In this document: piece by piece, positions 37,603 through 49,600 of the stretch | Layout of the letters: every line of letters starts with the position of its first letter | How positions within the stretch are numbered: position 1 is the stretch's first letter | Notes under the pieces: generated by a model | What the model saw: only the letters and a program-made list of their open reading frames with translations | Databases searched by the model: none | What the model was told of the DNA's origin: nothing | Assembly: GCF_036365525.1 (NCBI RefSeq) | Contig: NC_090417.1 | Span: forward strand, 310,001 to 374,000 | From: Heterodontus francisci | Taxonomy: Eukaryota | DNA length: 64,000 bases | Direction of reading: 5' to 3' | Program-made: the position numbers and the translations under genes

Positions 37603-40600
37603 TCATGCTCCTTTCTGACTGGGCAGACTTTCATCACTGTCTTCGCGTCTCTTCCAGATCTGTTGGTGAAACCAAAGAGTTTTTTTTTTAAAAAGAGCCA
37701 GGAGATATTTGGCTTACTCACTCTAACATTAACAGAGGAGTCACATTATTAACCTCCCGCATTATTCAACTTATAAATGTGGGTTCAAGCAACAGCAGCA
37801 CACATGATAATCCCACCGCCACTGGTGCATCAGTCCAGTTTCAGTAGCCTTTTAGACAAGGTGTATATAGTTGCAAGAACTGATGGGTTAGGTGAGAAAC
37901 TTGTAAATGTTGATGTTCAGACTGACTTGGGTGTACTTGTACAAGGAACACAGGGTGTTAGCATGTAGGTACTGCAAGCAATTCGGAAGGCAAACGGCCT
38001 GCTGTCCTTTATTGCAAGGGGACTGGAGTGCAAGAATTAAAAAACAAGGTCTTTCTACAATTGTTACAGGGCTTTGGTGAGACTACACCTGGAATACTGT
38101 GTACAGTTTTGGTCTCCAGATTTAAGGAAGCAGAGCGTGCTTGTTAATATTTCCTCACTGCCAATTTGATATCGGACAAAATGTTTGCATCTCACGCAGT
38201 AGCAGGAAAGCATTATGTATCTCACACTGCCACTGGTAATACCAACCTGAATGTAGGCCTCGGACAGGGTGATCATTTGTGGCAAGATGTCAGATACTTG
38301 TAGATCCTGAAGCTCATACCACTTCCCTGTGCCCTGAAAGAATTACACCAGAGGCTGTAACAGATTCAAGTCAACAGTATAGGGTAATTATCTACAGAAA
38401 CACGCAGCTATGAGTTTAATGGTCCAGAAACATTCCCGACTGCTAGCTATTGTTATTCCCTTCGCTTTGCTGAGTGCTCTACAAGGTCAAAGGGTCCCAA
38501 CAAAACATCAGCTTCCCTCTTACAGAGACTGGCTAAAAGGGAGAAAGCAGAGATTAGTAACAATCAAGACTTTGACATCAAATTACTAAATCTGCGGACG
38601 ACACCAAATTGGGAGGGATAGTCGACACCGAGGAGGACTGCATCACATTTCAAGACATTTGTAAACTTGAAGAATATGCACACAACTGGCAAGTGAATTT
38701 CAACATAGATAAGAATGGGCGATTGCATTTTGGTCAGAAAAACAGATCGTAGAGTACTTGGGAAATATGCCAAGTGGGGTGGAGGAGCAAAGGGATCATG
38801 AAATGCAAAACACTAACAGTTGTGAGACAAGTCCACAGGTCATGTATATTTCAAGCAATTCTATGTAAGATATGGTAGTCTAGGTGTCCAAGCTTCAGAC
38901 CTCAGCAAATCGCGTAATGAAACAAGTGAAAAGAAAAGGCCTGGTAATTTGTGAGCTGACACTGGGATGAACAACCACGAAAACTGTCAGATCGTCACAA
39001 AACCAGTCTGGGTCACAAACACTCTTCAGGAAGGAACTAGCCACTGCGACTCCAGCCCCTACAATCTGTGGTTGACTTAGGGCAACTCGGGACGGGCAAT
39101 AAGTAACACCAGGTCAAGTGTGACCCTCATTCGGAGAAGAAATAGAAAAACAAGGACGAAAGCTCAGCAATCCTGTCAATTATTGCACGATGCTCATAAA
39201 CAAACAATGGCAACTGATAAAGTACTGGATATCAGCAGCCCAAGAAAAAGGAGGAAAGAAAATTTGGAAGTGAGATGAATGATTAGAATTATGCAAATTA
39301 ACGCGAGACTTTTATTGTGCGGTGGTGTGTGGCTTTTATGGATTGTGTTTTGTCGAATTACGATCCACCTTCCTCTCACTGTGTCTGTGCGACGATTATT
39401 TGTCGAAATCACATTTTTACGTCTCCTCGGGCCAGTCAAACTCAATACTGCGGCTGCTGGCAATCTGAAATAAAAGGCCACCAAACCGAAATGTTAACTC
39501 TGTTGCTCTCTCCGCAGATGCTGCCAGACCCTGCGGAGCCATCGCTGGCATTTTTAGAAATGCCAGGAACTGTCAGAGCCTCATTCTCTGCATACTCACA
39601 TGATGTAGCACGTGGACCCGATACGCTCCCTCGCCCGGCTTCCCATCATGCACCACATTACCGATCAGGTCATAGGTTGTGTGTTTGTGTGTGGCCTGAA
39701 CCTCCTCAGACAGGTATTCCCTCAGATCAACATTCCTGAAGCACACATTTCAACAAACAAGTCAATTTTATCACTACGTTTCCACCCCTTGGGCTGGGGT
39801 GGAAGCAGACTGTTTCAGTCTGGCTCCATTACTAGATACAGCATTGAAACAGGCCCTTCAGCCCACCGAGTCTGTGCCGACCATCAACCACCCATTTATA
39901 CTAATCCTACATTGATCCCATATTCCTTACCATATCCCCACCTTCCCTCAATTCCCCTACCACCTACCTACACTAGGGGCAATTTACAATGGCCAATTGA
40001 CCTAACAACCTGCAAGTCTTTGGCTGTGGGGAGGAAACCGGAGCACCCGGCAGAAACCCACGCGGTCACAGGGAGAACTTGCAAACTCCGCACAGGCAGT
40101 ACCCAGAACTGAACCCGGGTCGCTGGAGCTGTGAGGCTGCGGTGCTAACCACTGTGCCACCCTGGGAACATTCCTTTAGAATGAGCACATAGCCAAGTGC
40201 TGCCGGTGGAACTGCACCCAGTAAAGCTGTAAACAGTAAAGGTTAAGTGTACACAGCTTACGTGATCGGGAAGTTGACAATGGTGGGATTCTTCTCGATG
40301 AAGAAGTTGTTCTTTGTGAATCTCTTGATGTAGAAAATGAGGTAAGGTGGGAGTTTCGTCAGCTGGAACCTCTTCAGGAAATTCTCCTTGTAGGTTTTAT
40401 ACTCCTGTAGAAAACAGGAAGAATGTTTACTGCAGTACCTGAACAGCCAGGAGGAGTTTGCATTTGTAGAGTCCTTCAAAATAAAATCAGGATTTTTGAG
40501 GAATGTCCTTGAAAGAAGGAAACCCACCTCCATCCTTACTCAGCAAGGGAACATTCTGCCCTTTGCAAACTGAGCAATGGATTCTTTCATAGCCACCTGA

Positions 40601-43600
40601 GACGGCAGACAGAGCCTCAGTTTAATGTGTCATCTGAAAGGCGGCACCTCTGACCAGTGCAGTACTCCCTCAGTATCGGCCTAGACTATGGGGTCAATTT
40701 TAAACAAGTATATAGGATCCTGGGCTTTATAAATAGAGGTATCGAGTACAAAAGCAAGGACATTATAGTAAACCTTTACAAATCACTGCTTAGGACTCAG
40801 CTGGTGTATTTTGCTCAGTTCCGGGGATAACATTTTGGGAAGGGTGTCAGGACCTTGGAGGAGATTGACCAAATTGGAACCAGGGATGAGACTTCAGTTA
40901 TGTGGAGAGTCTGGAGTTAGCTAGGTTTGTCCTCCTTAGAGCACAGCGGGTTAAGGGGAGATTTAGTAGAGACGTTCAAAATTATAAGGGATTTTAAGAG
41001 AGCAGCTAGGGAGAAACTGTTTCCATTGGCACAAAGTTTAGTCATCAGAGGACGCATATATAAGATAATTGGTAAAAATCCAGGGGGAAAATGAGTTTTT
41101 TTAAAATTAAAAACGCAGCAAGTTGTTGTGATCTGGAATAAAGATGAAAGCAGATTCAACAGTCAATTTCAAGAGGGAACTGTATGTGCACTTAAAAAAA
41201 AAAATAGAGAAACTGGCAGGGCTATGGGGAAAGAGCAGGGGAGTGAAACTAATGGGATAGCTCTTTCAAAAGTGCTATCACGAACACAAAGGGCCGTATG
41301 GCTTGCTTCTGTGCTGTCTCTGAATGGGGCTTGAACCCATGATCTCCTAACTCAGAGCCAAGCCTGACACCTAATAAATGGATACAACTCAAGTATGCAG
41401 CAGCACTGAAACAGCATGGTCACCGAATGCTTTTTTTTTTAAACACATGGTTAGCACAGTAAACTGCGAGAAGTAGACATTTGTTCAATCCTTTGATAGA
41501 AATGGCAATCTCTGCTGCGCAGGTAGAGTCGTACAGCATAGAAACAGGCTCTTCGGCCCATCGCGTCCATGCTGACCATAATGTCTATCTATACGAATCC
41601 CACCTGCCTGCATTAATTCCACCCCCCTCTATGCTTTGCTCATTCAAGTACCTGTCCAGATGCCTCTTAAATGTCGCTACTGTTCCTGCCTCCACCACCT
41701 CCTCAGGCAGCTCATTCCAGATACCCACTATTCTTAGTGTGAAACATTTACCCCTCTGATCCCCTTTAAACCTCCTCCCTCTCACTTTAAATCTATGCCC
41801 TCGAGTTTTAGTCACCCCTACCATGGGAAACAGACTCTGGCTATCTACCCTATCTATGCCTCTCATAATTTTATATACCTCTAACATGTCCCCTCTCAGT
41901 TTCCTTCGCTCCAGGGAAAACAGACCCAGCCTATCCAATCTCTCTTTATAACTCAAGCCCTCCAAACCAGGCAACATCCTTGTGAATCTCTTCTGCACCC
42001 TCTCTAGCTTAATCACATCTTTCCTGTAGTGCGACGACCAGAACTGCAAACAGTACTCCAAGTGCGGCCTAACCAACGTTATGTACAACTGTAACATGAC
42101 GTCCCAACTTGTACTCAATGCCTCGGCCGATGAAGGCAAGCATGCCATATGCCTTCTTCCCCACCCTGTCTACCTGTGTTGCCACTTTCAGGGAACTATG
42201 TACTTGCACCCCAAGGTCCCTCTGCTCAACAACAGTCCCCAGGGCCCTGCCATTCACTGTATATTTCCTGCCCTGGTTTAACATTCCCAAAATGCATCAC
42301 TTTGCACTTGTCTGCGTTAAATTCCATTTGCCACTCCCTTGCCCACTTTCCCAGTTGATCTATATCCTGTTGTAACCTTAGACAACCTTCTTCACTGTTT
42401 ACTATACCACCAATTTTAGTGTCATCTGCAAACTTAACAATCATGCCCCCTACATTCGCATCCAAGTCATTAATATATATGACAAACAACAGAGGGCCCA
42501 GCACCGATCCCTGCGGCACACCACTGGTCACCGGCCTCCAATCTGAAAAACAACCCTCCACTACCACCCTCCGCCTATCAGCAAGCCAATTTTGTATCCA
42601 ATTTGCTAGCTCACCCTGGATCCCATGAGTGAGTAGTTCAACTAATTCGGCTCCGTTTGCTAAGAATATTCAGTCATGACTCATTTTCCTGCACACCTTC
42701 TCTGTAATGCCATTGAACTTTGCCAAGATGTTGAAAAGCGGGACTTGTGGAATGATCAATTGCTCCTTCTCGTCTTTGTAGAGAGGGGCTGTGGGAAGGT
42801 CGAGGGTCAAGTACAAGAAGGTGGACTCTGTCATGGCTTCCTTGAACTCCTCCATTTCCAACAGTTGCTCTTTCTCCTCCGGCGTCTGTGTAAAGGATAT
42901 AAGCACAGTTAAAAGGGAAGCTTGGAACTAGAAATTTCATGAAAGTTTTGAAGAGCAGGGCAGGCCTACTGGCAGATGACTAATCTCCTTGCTCACTGCA
43001 TGACCGCAGGCTGAACAGTCGCAGGTGGAACCTTTGTTCCACCCATCCATCAATCCTGACAGGACGCAAGCTCAGCTTTCAAGGTGATGGGCAGGTTTTT
43101 AAATCATTCCCTCAGGCTTGCTGGAATCGCTCGGATCCCCTTTAAAAGGTGCGCCTGCCTCATTGCCATCTTCCTGACTCCGAAAAATCAATCAAATGCA
43201 AGCCACTTGTCCACTACTTCTCAACACATAACTTTCGATCATTAGGAAAAGGCCACTCGGCCTGTCTTTGTGATGTCAGCCCCACCGACCCACCTTTCCA
43301 AACCATCCATCAGTTCCTTTTCTGTCCATCTAACTCGTTCATCAGGGCATCCATAATGACCTTCCCTTGTAATTTATTCCACAATCCCAAAGTCCTCTGG
43401 CTAAGTAAGTTCTGCCTGACTATAAACAATGACCTGAGAGTTAAATCTGAATAAATGCTAATGAAATCTTGCAGAACGAGTCTCTGAACTTACTCCTTTT
43501 GGAGCTCTACACTGCATCAAACCCGTGCTGCACTTGACCCGAGAGAGATTAATAGGGCAGTGAAGAGGGATCCTTACTCTGCAATTGTACCTGCACTGGG

Positions 43601-46600
43601 AGTGTTTTGATGGGCCAGTGTAGAGGGAGCTTTACTCTGTATCTAACCCCGTGCTGTACCTGACCTGGAAGTATTTGATGCTAACCGGAGACGTTCTCCA
43701 TTCCCAGCATTAACCTTCAGGAGGTTTGAATTTTTAAAAGTGTTTAAAAAGCGGAAGTTTTAAACTAGAACCAGTTCAATTTATGAAACTGGCAGAACCA
43801 GTCGGGATTTAAATTACTGGCGACTTGATGCCACCATGTGGTTAGAAGGGGAACTGCACCTGAAAACATCAAACTAATGGTGGCCAGGGGTGAAAACCAG
43901 GAGAAGCCTGTGAGCTTAACCCCCGCAACGACTGCAAAGACAACACCACCATCTGCGATGCTGTGTTCTTGCAGCACTCAGCTTTGCCACTGCTCCTGCC
44001 AAGAGGAGCCTGTGAACTCCTGAACCACACCTCCCGGGGATCCGTCCACAGCTCACCAGAGTCACAATCTGTCCTGTCCTGTTGACCAGAGGAAAAGAGA
44101 AGGAAAAGCAAAAAACACAATAGAGAGAGCAGCAATGACAACGAAGGGAACTAACCAGGTCTGGCGGAGGCAGCTTCTTTGTAAATATCCGCATGGATCC
44201 CTGAAACACACAGTTGATAATGGCTGCAAACAAGGAATACGTTTCAACATTAAGGAACCACGTAGAATGAGAGAAAGACCACAGTAAGACCAGAGTCACC
44301 AGGGGCTCTGCACTACAAAAGGACCCTGGATCATTTTTCCCCTCCCTCGCCCGAAGGCGGCTCCATCGAGATGAGCTGAAACTCAGCACAGGTCACGGAA
44401 TTGAACCCAGGACCTTGGTCATCAGTTGTTGCATTAACCACTGAGACATGGCCATCTGGCAGCGCTTCCAGAACTAGGCGGTAAGCTTATCGCCGTCTAC
44501 GCGACCGGGTTGTGTTAACCTCTCGAGACTCCGAAAGTGATATATATTTCCACAGGAGTGACGCCGGCATTGCAGTGAAGTGAGGCGGTGGGCATGGGTG
44601 AAATTTTCACAGCGTGCCCCTCTGAACTGTGGGGGAACGCGACGATTGTGTACACGGTTAGGAGTGCCCAGCTCCTGTTGCTACTCACTCTTCTTCTTCT
44701 TGTTCCCTCCGAGTGCCATGTGGAGTGCATTTAGGAACCAGGAGAGGAAGTCGACAGCATCACCTGCGACAGCAAAAATTCCACTGTGACCATCGGCTGC
44801 TAACATTTCTGGGAATTACTGAAGTAACTGTCTAATTCGAGAACATTGAAATTAAAACAGAAACACTCGGACAGCTGGAAGTGAGAAGAGAGCTCAAGAC
44901 AAACACTGCCCTTCAAAGAGGAATCCATTATGTGCTATGTCCGGTTTCCAGACATTTGCACATGAAAGACCCTCTTATTATTCTGAAACTTCGAACACTG
45001 GAGTGTGAGTGAGGAGCTTTTAAAGCTGATTTAAACTGCTCCTAACGTGCACCGAGTTCGTACTTGAACCCACATCCTTGAGACTCAGAGGCAAGAGTGG
45101 TGCCAACCGAAGCATGACTAGAAAGAAAAGTCCAGCACTCAGGAGTGAATGACTTCTGTGCAGCAGCTGATTTAAACTCCCCAGAGGATCAGACTCACTA
45201 ACCCTTCTCTCTAGGCCCGAAGGCAGCCCACCTTTGAAGTCGAGCAATAATGGAGGTAATCCCGAAAAAGGTTCCACTTGAATACTTACCCCATTCCAGT
45301 AAATAAGTAACACCACCCCCACAATTCAGAAATAAGCGTCTCCTTAACACAAAGCTTGGTCAAGCCGAACTGACTGGAAAACGTTGACTTCATCACTAAT
45401 GGCTCACTAGCTCACCCTGTTTAGTAATCTGGAACCGCTTCTTGCTGCACAGGACCACAGCCTGCAACATCTCATGTGGGGAAACGTGAGCCTTGAAGTT
45501 CCGGGGATTCCTCAGTTTTCTCATCAACTCGCCAAATCTTTGCACCAGCAGGAACATGATGTCGCCTGGAGGCCGCTTGATATCCTTGTAGTTCTCTTCC
45601 TCCAAGAAATAGTTCCGTAGAGGAGGCACGTTAGACAGAGTCTGAAAGAGAAGCAGGGACAGTGAAGGAGACACATTAGACAGAGTCTGAAAGAGAAGCA
45701 GGGACAGTGAAGGAGACACATTAGACAGAGTCTGAAAGAGAAGCAGGGACAGTGAAGGAGGCACGTTAGACAGAGTCTGAAAGAGAAGCAGGGACAGTGA
45801 AGGAGATACATTAGACAGAGTCTGAAAGAGAAGCAGGGACAGTGAAGGAGGCACGTTAGACAGAGTCTGAAACAGAAGCAGGGACAGTGAAGGAGGCACA
45901 TTAGACAGAGTCTGAAACAGAAGCAGGGACAGTGAAGGAGATACATTAGACAGAGTCTGAAAGAGATGCAGGGACAGTGAAGGAGACACATTAGACAGAG
46001 TCTGAAAGAGAAGCAGGGACAGTGAAGGAGACACATTAGACAGAGTCTGAAAGAGAAGCAGGGACAGTGAAGGAGACACATGAGACAGAGTCTGAAAGAG
46101 AAGCAGGGACAGTGAAGGAGATACATTAGACAGAGTCTGAAAGAGAAGCAGGGACAGTGAAGGAGACACATTAGACAGAGTCTGAAACAGAAGCAGGGAC
46201 AGTGAAGGAGACACATTAGACAGAGTCTGAAAGAGAAGCAGGGACAGTGAAGGAGACACATTAGACAGAGTCTGAAAGAGAAGCAGGGACAGTGAAGGAG
46301 ACACATTAGACAGAGTCTGAAAGAGAAGCAGGGACAGTGAAGGAGACACATTAGACAGAGTCTGAAAGAGAAGCAGGGACAGTGAAGGAGACACATTAGA
46401 CAGAGTCTGAAAGAGAAGCAGGGACAGTGAAGGAGACACATTAGACAGAGTCTGAAAGAGAAGCAGGGACAGTGAAGGAGACACATTAGACAGAGTCTGA
46501 AAGAGAAGCAGGGACAGTGAAGGAGACACATTAGACAGAGTCTGAAAGAGAAGCAGGGACAGTGAAGGAGACACATTAGACAGAGTCTGAAAGAGAAGCA

Positions 46601-49600
46601 GGGACAGTGAAGGAGACACATTAGACAGAGTCTGAAACAGAAGCAGGGACAGTGAAGGAGACACATTAGACAGAGTCTGAAACAGAAGCAGGGACAGTGA
46701 AGGAGACACATTAGACAGAGTCTGAAAGAGAAGCAGGGACAGTGAAGGAGACACATTAGACAGAGTCTGAAACAGAAGCAGGGACAGTGAAGGAGACACA
46801 TTAGACAGAGTCTGAAACAGAAGCAGGGACAGTGAAGGAGACACATTAGACAGAGTCTGAAAGAGAAGCAGGGACAGTGAAGGAGATACATTAGACAGAG
46901 TCTGAAAGAGAAACAGGGACAGTGAAGGAGACACATTAGACAGAGTCTGAAAGAGAAACAGGGACAGTGAAGGAGACACATTAGACAGAGTCTGAAACAG
47001 AAGCAGGGACAGTGAAGGAGACACATTAGACAGAGTCTGAAAGAGAAGCAGGGACAGTGAAGGAGATACATTAGACAGAGTCTGAAACAGAAGCAGGGAC
47101 AGTGAAGGAGATACATTAGACAGAGTCTGAAAGAGAAGCAGGGACAGTGAAGGAGACACATTAGACAGAGTCTGAAAGAGAAGCAGGGACAGTGAAGGAG
47201 ACACATTAGACAGAGTCTGAAACAGAAGCAGGGACAGTGAAGGAGACACGTTAGACAGAGTCTGAAAGAGAAGCAGGGACAGTGAAGAAGACACATTAGA
47301 CAGAGTCTGAAAGAGAAGCAGGGACAGTGAAGGAGACACATCAGACAGAGTCTGAAAGAGAAGCAGGGACAGTGAAGGAGACACATTAGACAGAGTCTGA
47401 AACAGAAGCAGGGACAGTGAAGGAGATACATTAGACAGAGTCTGAAAGAGAAGCAGGGACAGTGAAGGAGATACATTAGATAGAGTCTGAAACAGAAGCA
47501 GGGACAGTGAAGGAGACACATTAGACAGAGTCTGAAAGAGAAGCAGGGACAGTGAAGGAGACACATTAGACAGAGTCTGAAAGAGAAGCAGGGACAGTGA
47601 AGGAGACACATTAGACAGAGTCTGAAACAAAAGCTGGGACAGTGAAGGAGATACATTAGACAGAGCCTGAAACAGAAGCAGGGACAGTGAAGGAGATACA
47701 TCAGACAGAGTCTGAAAGAGAAGCAGGGACAGTGAAGGAGACACATTAGACAGAGTCTGAAACAGAAGCAGGGACAGTGAAGGAGACACATTCGACAGAG
47801 TCTGAAAGAGAAGCAGGGACAGTGAAGGAGACACATTAGACAGAGTCTGAAAGAGAAGCAGGGACAGTGAAGGAGACACATTAGACAGAGTCTGAAAGAG
47901 AAGCAGGGACAGTGAAGGAGGCACATTAGACAGAGTCTGAAACAGAAGCAGGGACAGTGAAGGAGACACATTAGACAGAGTCTGAAACAGAAGCAGGGAC
48001 AGGTGAAGTCCTTGAGATGTCTAAGAGAGCATGGAAAAGAAAGTCGTAGCAGGTTAATTGCCCAATTAGAGGCAGAACAAGCTCTAAAATTTAACGCAAA
48101 CCCTCAAGCATGTCCCACTCATCTTTCTGCCATATTGCCGACATGCACAGCAGCTGCAATTTACTCTTCCCTTTTCCACCCCGTTCTACACCTTCCTCTC
48201 CATTATATCCTGATTCCTCGGCAGAGTACATTTCCACATCCATTTGTCATAGCTGAACGCAGGCAGGCTCTCTGAATGGGGAGGACATCACCTAATTTGA
48301 ACCTTTCCTCGTCCTACCTCCTTATACTTGCACTGGCCAGTGGGTTCAACATTATAATCAGGTGTAAGGGTCCAGGTCGATTTTTCTGAAGGCATACTGA
48401 TGGTATTTGTCGCATTCCCAGATAACAGCCAACTCAACACAGGCCAGGTATCAAACCTGGAACCAACTGTTCTCACGGCTCAGCGGATCACTGCCTTGAG
48501 CAGCCAAGAGCAGGCATCATTCATAATGTCCATCTCCTTACCTGCAGCACCACATTAGCATAGTCGTTGGCCTTGATGTTGTTGAGTCCTACAATTCCTG
48601 GCAGATAGGTGGTCCCGTCGTAGGCCCGAGACAGTTTGGACTGTTTGTCCAGGTTTGCAATGTGCTGCTTCATGAAGGTTGGTTTCAGTACGTACTGGAA
48701 AACAGAGGAGACTATTACACTCCTCACTCACTAAAACAGGGAGCAATTCAAGCACCAGACGCAATGAAAAACACAACACAGCGCTGTTCAATATTACTGA
48801 AAGGGATGGCCCTCAAATAGCACAGCCAAATGTGAAGGGCCATCATCTAATGCGAGTTCACAACAGCAGGAGTGAGGGCTTGCTGAGGGTTTCCTGAAAA
48901 CTAGCACAGGAAGCACCACTAGTGCAAGGCCGCAACAGGATCTGCTTATCCGCTATGATTGATGCTTGTATCTTCTCAGTCAAGGCGTTCCCAGAAAACT
49001 GGAGATTTCTTGAGTGAAAGAACCAACTTCCATTTCACAGAGACCTTTATAGCCCTTTGGGCCAATGAAAAACTTGTCATGTAGCCCTCACCACCTGCCT
49101 GTATACTTACTGAAACCTGATATACTCTCCGGTAACACAAGAACTAGCTGCACATAGATAGAAAGAGCGAAACATCAGTCATTTTGCCTCCCACAGTGGC
49201 TCCGTGAGTAACAGAAGCACACAGATAAAGAGCTTGGCGTATTTGCCGAGTTAACTGATTTCAGTTTGAGCAGGATTAGGGACTCTTGAACTGCTCTCGG
49301 TGCCAGTCAGCTGAGGGGGAATCAGTTCGGGATGCCTGTCCGCTGACCAGAACCTAGCAGTCATGAGGTGAGGACAGGGTCAAGTGGTCAGCACTCTGCG
49401 AGCGGGGCGTAACCCGCGAGGATTGGTTACTTGGGCAAGATCCTGGCTGGCTATTCCACCTGTGGAGCTGTAACCCCAAGCATGTCACAAGCTTCACAGA
49501 AAGGGAGAAACTATAAAAAAAGAAGAAAGAAAGTCTTGCAAAATTCGCACTCCGGCTCACACAGATGTCGTACTGAAGAACATCCAGGGCCAAAGTAACT

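Noticed and set aside
45524-47971. 815-aa Cys-rich ORF (MCLLHCPCFSFRLCL)n, and the 857-aa ORF as a stand-alone gene
   Set aside because: Both are translations of the 45-bp array. Only the frame continuous with USP39 exon 6 has possible meaning.
45621-48001. CRISPR-like appearance of the regular repeat
   Set aside because: No unique spacers, vertebrate intron context and no cas genes.
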